Both the position numbers and the translations under genes were made by a program. This document shows, piece by piece, positions 1-13,399 of a stretch of 64,000 nt of DNA. Within the stretch, counting starts at the first letter, position 1. Each line of letters starts with the position of its first letter. Below the pieces are notes generated by a model that saw only the letters and a program-made list of their open reading frames with translations, ran no database searches and was not told the DNA's origin. This DNA is from Octopus bimaculoides (lineage: Eukaryota): NCBI RefSeq assembly GCF_001194135.2, contig NC_068982.1, positions 159,295,729 to 159,359,728 of the forward strand. The letters run 5' to 3'.

Positions 1-17
1 TATATATATATATATAT

Positions 18-64
<47 letters not shown>
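1..64. repeat. (TA)n/(GATA)n microsatellite
   Basis: Direct reading. Confidence 0.95.
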
Positions 65-884
65 TACATATATTAATCTAAAACACATTCATATACTCTG
101 TAACCTTTATTGGGTAATCATTCTAGAAGTTAATTCTCTGTAGAAACATCGAGGCCTTTGTACAGCGGAAGCATTTTAAATTCTCTTTGTTACCAAATCC
201 TTAATTATGAGATGTTCTAAAAGATTAATTGCTTGTAAATATAAAATCTTCACAACTTTAGAAGATTTTAGTTGCATACCTCACAGTTCATATTGGCCTT
301 TTATTATTTAATGCTTTCATCATTTGGAAGTTTTCCTGTAAATCTAATATCTTCTTAAAATATATTTTAAACACGTTATTGCTGCTTCTCAAACTTTATA
401 CATGATGGATTTGATTATTAAATTTCTACTTCCCTTTAATTAATCGCCATTAGCATCATCCGCTCTTTCTACCTATGAACATGATCGCTTATTATGCAAA
501 AATGTTGTTGCAACTTTTCATTTCTAGCAATCTTTAACCTCTTTTATACTATTCCAAACTCTTTAAATAAATTACTAATAAAACTTGTTTCGATAGAATT
601 TTGCACTCAAAGCATTTATATTCTATAATCTTCCTTAATTAACTAGTATTATATTTGCCACTTTAACACAGTTTGACAACTTTTATCCGAATCAATTTAA
701 TATTCTTAAAATTTTATTTTACCTTTTAACTTACAGATTTTAATGTGCATATAATTGGTATATCAAGGAGTAACAAAGGTAGGGTTCTCACCTTGGGATA
801 AATATACTTTCTCTGTATATATTGATTTTATCAAGGCTTTTTATAATGTATGAAGAGAGAAATCTTACGGGTCTACTCACATAC

Positions 885-1101
885 TTGAGTGTGCAGAAAA
901 TGTTTTGGAGGCAAAGCAGCATTTCCACGACGATATGATTGCCCCGTCCAGTCGCCAGAGCAACGCTTGGATTCTTCCGGGCTTCCTAAGGCTTTCAATT
1001 CATTTTTTATAGAAGCCGTTTTAGCAAACATATGGGACGTGTACACGAGTGGAGTGTATTTCCACACAAACGTAGTTGGTGGATTACTGAACAATTGAAA
1101 C
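885..1101 (-). CDS. Candidate internal coding exon of an unidentified gene
   Basis: GC-richer island. One minus frame is open across it (FQLFSNPPTTFVWKYTPLVYTSHMFAKTASIKNELKALGSPEESKRCSGDWTGQSYRRGNAALPPKHFLHTQ). Acceptor-like ttcttgatag (alternative ttgttcag at 1086); donors CAA|GTATGT and TAT|GTGAGT. No family recognised, and a plus frame is also open. Confidence 0.3.
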
Positions 1102-1863
1102 CTATCAAGAATTAGATCGAGCAGGGAATGCCGTGATCCAATATTTTACTGAGCTAATGAATGAGCTCTAATTGCTGATTCCCTACAAGATTCTGTATAA
1201 TTATGTATAGTCTCGTATGTGCCACAACATTACTTCTTCATAGTTAGCCTATGAACTTTTCAGCCCACCCTCGTACATAACAGAAAACAGCAAATAATGG
1301 CAAAGTGCTATAAAAAAGGAATAAATGTAGGTGAGTCAATAGAGTCAAATTAGATGACAGAAAAATAGAGATAAAAGTCAGATGAAGATAAAATATGCTG
1401 GATCTTCGAAGAATATTTTGCGACAGTTGCACTAGAAACTTTAGTCTATTGCATCGCGAAGGAGCTAAGTATAGTTGATAAGGTTGCTTTACTTAAAATT
1501 TTCAAGATTTTCTGGCACTCAAATCTTTGTCCGTGATGAATCACTGGCAACAACGAGAGACGCTCTTCCATATGTATGGTGCATGTGTGCGTACATGTGA
1601 ATGGTTACTGCCAGTTAAGGTGCAAGACTTATGACATGTGCCGAGAACTAATTGTGCACCTTTTTTTTTTAATTCGAGACCAAAATTCATGATGAGAATT
1701 CGTGATATTTACATGAAAACTCTTTTCCCCGGTTGTCATCATTATAAAAGGTTACGGAATTAAAAGAAAAATAAAAGAGAAAGAAAAAAAGGTAAACGGC
1801 TTTGCTCAGGAATCATTTAAGCATAGCATTCTTTCATCTGTTTCAGTGACGAATGTAAAAGTC

Positions 1864-2000
1864 GAAATGCGTAAGACTAGAGTTACATAATTATCAAATC
1901 ATTATAATGTCAAAATTATGTAAGACCCGCATAATGTAATTGTTAAATCATTATAACGTCAGGATTGCGTAAGACTAAAGTTACGTAATTATCAACTGAT
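1864..2000 (+). repeat. Degenerate ~49-bp minisatellite, about 2.7 copies
   Basis: Recurring tgcgtaagact...taattatcaaatcattataa(t/c)gtca units. Confidence 0.7.
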
Positions 2001-3444
2001 GGTAACATCATAGTGTTCGAAGTGAAACTCTTCCTATTATCCATTTTATACACAGTAGATTTTAAAAGTAATAGGGCTATGTCTTGAAAGCTGGTTTCAC
2101 AAAGTCGGCTATTGTATTCAATTTTCAAGACAAGAAGAATGATTGAAAATTTTATCAGTTTAATAGACAATAGATCTTATTAACGGCAGGAAATCGACCG
2201 TGAATATTTTTATACCTGCACATTGCTTAAATGATAGTAGGAGACATACATACAATAAGAACTGGACACACAAAAACAGAAAAAGAGGGGTAGAGAGTCA
2301 CGGAGAGAGAATTACCAACCAGGCATTTTATATATACCTATAAAAATTAAGGTATATATACATTTTAGACATAGTCACAAGTAAAAATGTAAAAATTTAT
2401 AGACGATCTGAAGTCTTTTTATTTTCTTAGTAGATATTTTATAGTCATTTTGATATTCCACGCATGTAATGTTAATAAAATTTGTGATTACAAAGATTAA
2501 TTAAACTGACTTAATTACTGTTTTATAGTATATCTTACAAACAATAAATCACTATATCTTGGAATTTTGTTTGTACTTTATGAGATTTAAAAACGTTTCT
2601 TAGTGATGCTTTTGCAACAGTTGAATAGCTGACACAAGAAGTAGGAATGGGAGTAAGAGGCACGTGACTTTAATTAAAGCTGATATATTGTTATAGTATA
2701 TGAATTTTTTGTATTGGTGAATATTGAAGAAGAAAAGTAGGAAAACTAACAGAGTAAACTTTTGATCATTCTTTCAGAATTTGCTTCCTTTTAGAGCGAA
2801 AGGAATTACTCTTAAATAATTTAAGCATCTTAAATACAATCACAACTAAACAAACACATTGTATTTACAATGCTTAGTCCTAGTTATTGAGTGTAAAGAT
2901 TTCTTTTCAATTAATTCTTCTATAAAACTCAAAAATGGAGGAAACTAAGCAAAAATGCAACGGAGATTAGCACGAAAAAGGAAAAGAAAGGAAAGGAGGG
3001 GGCAAAGAGAACAGTAAATATGATAACAGCTATATTTCAATTAATATGTCTAAGATGTGTTTCCTGATATTACTTATATTGACAAAAACATAAAACCAAA
3101 TATATTTCGAAATATGGCGGCTGACACTGCTGATACTGCTATCTACAAAATACATACACACATCATTTTTGTGTGTATCTAATCCAGTATCTGCCAAACT
3201 ATTTTACCTTACGACACACTTAGCAAGGAGAATTTGTTTTGCGGCACACCAGATGTGAATCCCAACAAAATTGAATATACTTTAATTAGAATGAATAAAA
3301 ATAAACAAATTCTTATTATAGTAACAATAAAATAATGTTGTTTTATGAAAATATAATATATATTAGGTTGTTTTACATGAAATGTCGTATTTCAAAGATA
3401 ACAACAAAATGTTTCAGAAATGTTAGAGGACTGATTTATTTATT

Positions 3445-4170
3445 CAAAGTATGATCCATGTTCATTTATGACGTTTATCCAACGCTTCTCTATGTCATAT
3501 ATTCCATCTTTAAAAAACAAAATCATATTTTGATGTGAAAAACTGTCCGAATGCTTCCAGTACCTCTATTTAAGAATGTTGTATTGCTTATGAAAAGCTC
3601 TAAATGCTTAAATAAGTGATGATCAGTAGGAGAGGTATCAAGGGAATAGAGAGGATGTTACAAAATCTCCTAATTCAGGCTTTTCAACTTTTGGACCGTG
3701 GCTTCAGGAGTGTGAGTACGTGCATTGTTGTGGAGCAAAATTGGACCATTTCTATTCACTAGTCTGGGATGATTCATTTTCAAATTCTCATGCATACAAT
3801 CAATTTCCTGGCAATACGATGTTGCTGTTACTGTTTTTCATTGTTGCAAAAATGAATAATGAATAATGAAAAACTCCCTTTGTAAGCTACCATACAGTGA
3901 CCACTAACATTTAGGGTGCAATGGTGGGTTTGAGTAGTGTTTAGGTGACTCTCCTGCATCTATTGTCTGTCCTGTTCTCCTGCTATTGTCAAAGAGTATC
4001 CATTTTTCATTACAAGTAATGATTTGATGCAAAAATGTTTTTTTCCAGTCGAGAAAGCAATAAGGAGCATATATAGAGGCATCTGATTGTTTTGAATCTC
4101 GTTCAGTTGATGTGGAACAATCCTATCCGTTTCCTTGACTTTTCTAATATTTTAACAGGTGTGCAAAAAC
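3445..4170 (-). mobile_element. Mariner transposase relic (catalytic region, stops and frameshifts)
   Basis: Minus-strand translation FLHQIITCNEKWILFDNSRR...SPKHYSNPPLHPK...YCQEIDCMHENLKMNHPRLVNRNGPILLHNNARTH...HPLYSLDTSPTDHHLFKHL matches the mariner motifs TCDEKW, LLHDNARPH and HPPYSPDLSPTDYH. Confidence 0.9.
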
Positions 4171-4186
4171 AGTTGTGCGAGATGTT

Positions 4187-4320
<134 letters not shown>

Positions 4321-6799
4321 TCGACTGATTCATGAAAATAGTATCCGTCTAAACATTCAATATATTTGTTAATATATATATAAGCCGTGCTATATACATG
4401 AATTCATTACATATTTTAAATACTTTATATATTATATACATACGAATATATATATACATATATAAATATGAATATATATGTATGTGTGTGCATGTATGTG
4501 TATTTGCATGTGTGTGTCTTGACATGCGCAATTTCAAATGTAAACTTATTTTCCCACTTATCTTTTATAATATATTTATTATTTCATACTTCGGTTGTTT
4601 TTCTAGATGCATTTTGTTTTATTTATCTTGTCATACAACTATATGTTATGAATTCTTTGTTACAAATATATATTTATTTTCCAATTTTTTGGTTTGTAGG
4701 AGTAATTTGGACCGCTGTGATCAAAAATTCAGGAGTCCCATGCTAATATTTATATTTTATTTATGATTTTCCCAGTATTCTGAATATTGAGCTGACATTT
4801 ATATTTATAGATCAATTCTATATAATATTTTATATCTTGAGAGATTTGTTTAAAAATTACGATCTTTGTTGCTACATTGAGCAAAGTTCATAAAACCGTG
4901 CTGGTAGTAATAAGTGTTTATAATCTGATTATTTGAACTATATACTTGAGACAACAAGCTGTCAAGCTCTAGAGTTCCTTCAGACTATAAGTGATATCCA
5001 GTTAAGTATATTTAAATGCTTTACTGCACAATATTGGACACCGGAAAAGGGAGAGATGAAGGAAACGAGAGTGTTAGAAAACAATAGGATTAGAGCTAGT
5101 TACGTTTTGAACCAAAAATAACACAAGCTGTCCTCAGTATGAGTTGCAATCTGCCCACAAATGGCGGAAGGCAAATCGCGGAATGTAAACCACTGTAAAT
5201 CTAATATTCGGTTATCAGTACCATATCAGTCCCCTCCCTTGTTTGCGTTAAGCAGGACTTTCATTAATGATAATAAATTATATTTACATTATGACTATGA
5301 TTACAACAGATTTTAAATTGTCTGCGCTTAGCCATATGAATTCTTTATTCAGAAAACACTCTGGATATTTTCCAATATTTTACTATACATGTGTTTGTGT
5401 GTTTGCGAAAACATGAGTACTTATGACGTTGTGTATATGCATGTAATTGAATATTCAGCAATTTAAAATATATTCAATTGACTATTCTCTAAGTAATTAT
5501 ATAAATGTTGTTTACCAACTTATGTTGCTCGTAGATTGGGAAATAATTATCCAATGTAGAATTTGTGATAGATTTGAAAAATAGAAAATTTCAATATCAT
5601 TGTTGATTTTCCCTGAAAATATTCAAACAATAAGTTACCATATAAGCCTCTTAGCTATTGTATATTGTGTATGAGACGTTCCTAAAATAAACTCATTCAA
5701 ACATTTTCTTTTTAATATGGTGAGCTAATGTGACAGCGTATACAGTTATAGAATGAGTAAAATGTCGATTGCTCCCCCTGCTAAATATAGATGGCAGCTC
5801 AAAATGAGTTGTGCGATGTCTTGTGAAACACAAGGAGACCTAAGTCGGTGCTTTTCTAGGATACAGTCGATCTAACGAAAAGAAAAGATTATGACTGAAA
5901 CGCCTTTGATCATAGGGCTGCTTATTTAATATTGCAGTAAGGCTAACGGATAAGAAATCCCAATGCGATTATACGTAGCAGGTATTTTGTTAACTATTCT
6001 TTACAGACTACTACGCTGAAGTTTCCATCAGATAATTATTTTTCGCAGTAAATAAGAATCATACTACTTTGCAAAATATTTGGTCCGAGTAGCAAGAAGA
6101 ACTGCAACTAGTCTTCAGAGGTACTAAACATCAATGATTTGCTCACATATTGAATAGATATCACGATCTATTTCATTGCTAAAGGAATGTAATGCTCAAC
6201 ATGAAAAATGTGCATTCAAAACCTTTTACTAGATTAATGCCACTAAGCATTAAAAAAAATCACAAAATCATCAGCTTAGGACAGGAAAGATATTGAAGTT
6301 GAAAGCGAAAATCTCATACAGGAAAAAGAAGGCATGACAACTATCAAACGTTTGATCTATTTCGTGAATAGCTTCATTTTAATGAGGAATGCACATTGTC
6401 AAGGAGAGGGCTTAGTGGAAAAAATATAAAGTTTGAAAGCTGCGTTCTTTCTGAAGCTTGAACAGCATGGAAAATTAAAGCGCTCTACCAAATTTTTTTT
6501 TATATCTTTCTCAACGTTGTATGTACTACATTTCAATTTATTGTTTGCCAAATACAAAGCGCACCTCTGAACTTTAAAGTGCAGTAAAACACTATTGAGA
6601 TATTAAGTAAACCTATTCAGGTTTTCCGATCATTCATGCGGAAAATGTCTTTTCGGATGTTTGTCTCAGAAACAAGAGAATAAGTATAAGTTGTCAACAG
6701 TCATCGTATCTTCATTTGACTTTTTGTTTTTGTATGGTTTATACATTACGAATTTGTGCGCTGTAACAGTAATAGAGGAAAGACGACACACATAAGGCT

Positions 6800-6981
6800 A
6801 TGCATATAGACAAACACGCATACACATGCATACATACGCATACATATATGTACGTTTGTATGCATGTATGTATTGTAAAATATCATAGATATGTGTATTC
6901 ATATGTATCTTTATATTCATTTAATATTCTCCATGTCCCTCTCTGTCAACCCATACTCATCCACAGTACATATATGTATGC

Positions 6982-7031
<50 letters not shown>

Positions 7032-7160
7032 NNNNNNNNNNNNNNNNNTGTGTGTGTGTATGCATTATATATGCATATATATAATATAATATAGGTATAT
7101 GTATGAATGTATGTATGTACGTATGTATGTATGTACGTGTATATGTATGTATGTATGCAC
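6800..7160. repeat. (TA)n/(TG)n/(CATA)n microsatellite block with N-gap 7032-7048
   Basis: Direct reading. Confidence 0.9.
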
Positions 7161-7874
7161 GTCGGTTTTGATGACAAGAGATTACGTCTCTAAAAGTTGT
7201 TCCTTTTTCAAAATATACGTCTTGTCACAAATTGTATAGTATTTCTATTCTTGTTGTATACTTCTATGTGGATACCCGGTGTATTCTTATACGCTTATGT
7301 ACATAGAGCAACACAGACATAGATTTAACTAAACGGATATAAATGTATATAATTCCATCATTTACAAGTGAGATTTTAGAACATTTCATGTGTTCTGTTT
7401 GCGTTTTTATATGAAAATTGGATTCGAATGTATGTATATCATGCGTGTAAGTTTTCATTCAAAATGTAAATGATATAATATAAACATTACTTAGTGCACT
7501 ATTTAAGTTTTACGATTTAAAGACGTTTGACAGGGAGAGGCAGCAATACTGAGTGAGAGATACAAGTAGAAATAGACAGTGAGAGAGAAAGAGGGGGAAA
7601 TGGAAATGAGAAATGCTTATAAATGACATAGAAATGAAGATAAAATGGATAGTGACGAAGCAACTAGGGAAAAGATACAGATAGAAGACTGTTAAGATGA
7701 TGGAATTTAATAGATGTGTTGCATTGGATGAAAATCAGTGTAGGTTGGAGTAGAAGCGAAAGTCGAGCATTGATAACCTCGAAAGAAATGAATTTCAATG
7801 TGAGAAGCTATGCAAAATATTTATAAAAAGAAAAAATAAATCAACGTTTAATAAAATAAGTAGAATTATAAATA

Positions 7875-8017
7875 GATACATACACACTCATACACACACT
7901 ACACATTCAGACACATATCATACACGTATATTCGCGAACGTACACAGACACATACACACACTCTCTTACATACACATATAACTATGTGCTTGTATGTATA
8001 TACATATATGTGCATGC

Positions 8018-8105
<88 letters not shown>

Positions 8106-8255
8106 GTAGATATGTGTGCGTGTATATATGCATATATACGTACCTATATGTGTGTGTGTGCTTGTGTGTGTGAGTATGTGTGTGTACGTATTTACATATA
8201 CAAACAGGCATACATGAATATATATGTGTATATACAGATATTTACATACATATCT
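7875..8255. repeat. (TA)n/(CA)n/(TG)n microsatellite block
   Basis: Direct reading; accounts for the YIYI/THTH ORFs. Confidence 0.9.
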
Positions 8256-10497
8256 CACAGCTGACAGAGAATTTACACAGAGAAATAAACAATTCTTGTG
8301 TGTGGGTATCTGAGAAATTGTAAGAGAAAAGAAGTGTGATTTATTGTTGGTTGTGATTAGAAAGAAAATAAGAGATAATTGTCATGGAAATGATGATATT
8401 AATGATAATAACGATGGTAATGGTGAAGATGTTGGATCAGAGTGAGGTTAATCGTGATGTCAATGCAGTGGTGATGCTAGCAGTGCAGCTTGTAGTTTGT
8501 TAAATTTGATTGGAGAAATAGGGTGATGGTGGAGTGAATTTTAACGTAGTTGATGATAACTGTTTGTTTGAGATGTCATTGAATCTATGACTGGAGGGTC
8601 TATACAAGGTTTTGAAATAGAAGCTATACCGTGGATAAGCTTTAGCAGTACATGTCAGAAAGTTCTTGACACACGAACAAATAATTCCTGATAACGATAG
8701 ATAATACTAGTATTAATTAAAAAATCAAAATAAAATAATTAAAAAAATGATACTACAAATACGATAATAGTCATCCATTACACTCACATACACGACGATG
8801 ATTGTTAAGTAGCAGAACGACGCCCGGAGGATAGTATGTTGTCTAGTTATATTAATCCATTCCACTATAGGCACCAAGAATGAATTATTTTTCTTTTGAG
8901 TGTGTAGGGGGGAGGGCTGTTTTCAGGAAGTTGGTCGATTACATCAACCCCAGAACTTAATTCGTACATATTTTATCAGCCTTAAACTGATTAAAAACAA
9001 CATTGACCCTGGCTGAATTCTAAGTTTAGAATCGAATATTCTAAGTTTCATCTTGACGAGGTTGTTTTGCTTCATCGTTATTTTTTTTTTTTTTTTTTCG
9101 CTCCGATAAATATTTCTTGTGATGATTCCTACTTGCCATAGCCGCATGATGAAAGATCCGCAAAGTCTATTTTCAAAATTCACAGATCTCAGTTAAAAAG
9201 GTAAATGTGTGAGGATTGGAGTGGAATTTGATTAAATCGGTGAAGTTACGATACTGTACTCTCTGTAACGAGAGTGGTTGTGTTTTACGAATTGTTGAGG
9301 CTGTTTTCTATCGCTGAGTTTTATGTTGGTGGTACTCTTGCTGTTGTTAATAATTTTGTGCTATCATTGTTCCAATGTAAGGTAATGGCACTTCTGATAT
9401 TGCTTCTGGTAGTGTAATTACTGTTATTGTGTGTGTGGTGCTGTTACAGGCATACGGACCGAAAATCTTCATTCCTACGCGAGACATTAGATGATTCTCT
9501 GGTTGAACGTCTATAATGAATCTTACTTCGACACTGCTATATTGGAGTTGTCAAAGTATATTCTTCTGAAACAAGTTTCGTCTTGGGGATTAAAGGTCTT
9601 TTGCAGGCATCGTTTCTTAAACGACATCCACCAGTATATTACTCTCCTCTTGCTGTTAATCCAGAACAGATTTTTGCACTTGTTTTCATTATATAGATTT
9701 GATTCATTCCTTTATTTTTTTTTATATATTTGTAATTCAATATACGGCGGTGAAAATTGTGCTTTTGTTGAAATATCTGCCGTTGCTGTGTTGAGGATTC
9801 CGAAGGCCTCATCAATCGTGACAGTGGTTACGACCGCGCTGTAGGAGGAGGATTAGTTATCATTGTTGCTTTTGCTGTTGTAGCTTGTTTATTGGAGACC
9901 AGTGTGCTCGAAAATGCTTTCAATTCATTATGTTTCTAATGTTCCCGTTAATGTTGTTGCTGCTGCTATTATTGATATGAATGCTCATATAGTTATTGTT
10001 ACTGTTATAGTTATTAATATTATTGTTCTTTTTCTTGATGCTGTCCACGACATTTTTATTGTCGATTCTGCTGTTGTTTCCGATTCTGCGGTTGCTAAAA
10101 TTGCTCTCGTTGTCTTGCAGTGACCTCAAAGAATCAGTGGAATATGGTATGGTAATGGCGCCAAATTCTTTTATCGTCATGGTGACATCATCATTGTTTG
10201 TTTTCGAATCGGACAATAATAGAGACTGGCTTTGAAGTTCGTAATTGATTTTCTTTCAACCAGCTTTTTAAACACAGATGTAACGATTTTTTTTTCAAAA
10301 CCGAATACATCTTCAAAGGAAACACTGTCAGTGAGGTGCGTCTTACAGAAAAAAAATGCATCTTTACAATTTATGTCAGTAGTTCAAGAAAGTTATGAAC
10401 GAAAAATGAGATCTGATTGCTTTCAAAGCAGAAGTACAGCTTAAAATTGTAAAACTTAAGGAGACACACAATTCTATTGTGTTCAAGCCAAACCCCA

Positions 10498-10560
<63 letters not shown>

Positions 10561-10561
<1 letters not shown>

Positions 10562-10740
10562 TGGCTTAAAGATTAGTGCAAGTCTGAAGGAAGAACACCT
10601 ACAAAAATTAGCATTGCTTGGAACTGCAGGTATTCTTCGCGAGGTTATTGAAGCAAACGAATATCACATTAGTCTGCTGGCTGTGAACAGCTGACACTTT
10701 CCATCATACAAAGCAAAATAAGATGTGAGTTTTACATAAA
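10561..10740 (+). mobile_element. 3' tip of an RLE-type (R4/Dong-like) non-LTR retrotransposon between (TAA)n arrays
   Basis: GLKISASLKEEHLQKLALLGTAGILREVIEA matches the LQKxALLGTAxILR C-terminus of RLE elements. (TAA)n lies on both sides (10500-10560 and from 10741). Confidence 0.8.
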
Positions 10741-10754
10741 ATAATAATTATTAT

Positions 10755-10813
<59 letters not shown>

Positions 10814-11008
10814 GGAGAAGAAGAAGAAGAAGAAGAAGAAGAAGAAGAAGAAGAAGAAGAAGAAGAAGAAGAAGAAGAGGAAGACTAAGAAGAAGAAGAA
10901 AAAGAAGAAGAAGAAGAAGAAGAAGAAGAAGAAGAAGAAGGAGGAGGAGGGGGAGGAAGAGGAGGAGGAGGAGGAGGAGGAGAAGAAGAAGAAGAAGAAG
11001 AAGAAGAC
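10741..11008. repeat. (TAA)n followed by a (GAA)n/(GAG)n polypurine tract
   Basis: Direct reading. Confidence 0.95.
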
Positions 11009-11439
11009 CGTTTTCCCACGAGGCAAAGAAAGTTAGTCAAACATTTCATCTTCCCACCCTTATATATATTATTAACTACCTAGATGTATATTGAACTGGG
11101 ACTACTGTAATGAAAAGACGGCTTCGCCATGAGGTGGATACGTCCACTTTCCCACCCCAACACATTTTCTCTGTATTTGAACTGGGAACGAGGCTTTTTT
11201 TTTTTTTTTGGTATGAACTCTTACGAGGCAACGGCCACGCCTAAGTGGCAGAAACAATCATATCGCTTGAACACCACTTGTAGGAGACGGAAACCCCAAA
11301 GCTTTAACCAGTATTACAGGAATCGTATATCTTACGGTGGAGATATTGCCAGTGATGGTGTCACGAAAAAAAAAAGATACTGGTGGTTGAGCGCTAACCC
11401 TCATCATAAGTGCTTAAATGTCAAATAAAAATAGAAATG

Positions 11440-11875
11440 AGAACGGCGCCAAGCAACTGCTAAAAGATTTATATGTCAGTTGTTTGACCTCAGCCAGTTG
11501 AACATGTTCCTTGGTGGCTGACGATAAGTGCATCTCGAGCAGAGATAGTGGGGGAGCATCATAACCATATGTTGGGGTTTGAGTAATTTACCTCTGGAAA
11601 CATAGGTGTTTCGTTCAACAACCTTAAACAACCGTTATTCAGGGACCTTCTGAGCAGAATGTGTTATTCGAAGAGAATTCTAACTTGGCTCCACCTGCAA
11701 GTTCATGCACTGTTTATCTTGATATTAGGTCACCACGTCGTGCACGTATCATTGTGATGCATGTGCCTGGTGTACCCTTAACACACGGGTAGTCATGATG
11801 GGTATGTTGGGCTTCGTACCCCACTGTCATGTTGATGGCATGTACTTCTCTCTCACTCAATAACAATAAAAATAA
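11440..11875 (+). mobile_element. SINE-like interspersed repeat with an A/TAA-rich tail
   Basis: Sequence recalled as a common octopus repeat, ending ctctcactcaataacaataaaa. An internal segment (agccagttga(a/g)catg) recurs at ~12018. Family not assigned. Confidence 0.55.
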
Positions 11876-12329
11876 ATGCCTTGATGCAGTGCAAAGCACT
11901 GGCTCAAATGTCTTATGATCTTAATCGATTGGAAGTGTTATCATGTACATGTTTTTTCTTGGGCTATAGAAAATTTTCTGCTCAACACCACAGATTTCAT
12001 TGTCGGTTGTATGACTTTAGCCAGTTGAGCATGCTCTTTAGTGCCTGGTTTTATGCGCATGGCGAAGCACTCAGTAAGAATTTTTGAGGGATGAGGTTTT
12101 GTGTCCCATGGCTGGTTGTTGACAAATTTTTCCGCCGTGTGGAAAAATTTGTCTTCAATATTATCGCAAAAAGTAAAGCAAACGCCTAGAAAAAAACATA
12201 TCGTTCATTACAGTAGGAATGGGATGGAAATGGTGGCCATATCGAAGATGCTAAAGGAGAATTTAGTGCCTGAGAACGCCATTTTTAGGTATGAAAAGTG
12301 TTTGCCCATCTCATATACATGCACACATA

Positions 12330-12447
12330 CATACATACATACATACGTACATACATACAAATCTGCACGTATACATACATACATACATACAAATCTGCAC
12401 GTATACATACATACATACATACAAATCTGCACGTATACATACATACA
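12330..12447 (+). repeat. (ATAC)n array interrupted by three copies of aaatctgcacgt
   Basis: Direct reading. Confidence 0.9.
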
Positions 12448-13070
12448 TGCAGTTATCACCCACGCCATAAGCAGTTATCCGAAAATTTCATCACGGTAAA
12501 TACTAACGATGAGAGAGGATGTTGTTGCTAGGAGATCCATCACAAGGATAACCACGAGAACAAAGAAATGAGAACCCACGTATGATGGAAGTCATAACCA
12601 CTCATACTAAAAATGGGTAATATTGGAATGTCCCAGTGAAAACCTTAAGAAAATGCAAACCCAATAGGCCTGATATAATGATTTGGGATACAGAAAAGAA
12701 ACTGTGTACACTTGTGGAAATCAGGTGCCTAGTGGATGATAACATAAAGCTGAAGATCAACGAATAGAGAGAATACGTACGCTGAGCTATTAAGAAATCT
12801 GGAGTTACTTTATCCAGATTACAAGTTCAGGTTTATACCTATAAATATTGTGGCACTGGGATATGTAACACACTGCCTAAATACTCATCTTGAGAAATTA
12901 GGCTTTTCAACACCAGAAAGGAGAAAGCTGATTCCAAGATTACAGATCCAAGCCATCACAGGAATTGTAAAAATCTATAGAACCTTCCAGAAGTTTACTA
13001 TGAGGATGCCTAGATATGCAACTTTGTTCATGAAAATTTATATACCAAATAAACACGCAATTCTGAACGT
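12448..13070 (+). mobile_element. 3' fragment of a second RLE non-LTR family (end of zinc knuckle plus PD-(D/E)xK endonuclease), flanked by (ATAC)n
   Basis: HAISSYPKISSR...NRPDIMIWDTEKKLCTLVEIRCLVDDNIKLKINE...ELLRNLELLYPDYKFRFIPINIVALGYVTHCLNTHLEKLGFS...QAITGIVKIYRTFQKF; contains stops. Confidence 0.8.
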
Positions 13071-13399
13071 ATACATACATACATACATACATACATACAT
13101 ACATACATGCATCAAAAAATACTCTGAGGATGCTGTTGATATTCCCATGAAGGAGCCTTGGATCTATGTTAGAAAGTAGCTTTTTCTCTGCTGGCAAGAA
13201 ATCATGAAATAAAAGTAAATAGTGACATACATACACACACACATACGCACGCACACATACACACGCACACACATACGCACACACACGCTCACATATATTG
13301 TGGGAAATATCCCAGAATAAGAATACACCGAAGAGAAGATATCGCATGAAACATGTCTTGAGAAGGTGACAAAGAATTTTGAAGATGCTTAGTAGAAAG

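Noticed and set aside
1264-1330. Plus-strand exon-like segment (ttttcag...TAG|GTGAGT)
   Set aside because: Only 67 nt, with an uninformative peptide and no supporting neighbours.
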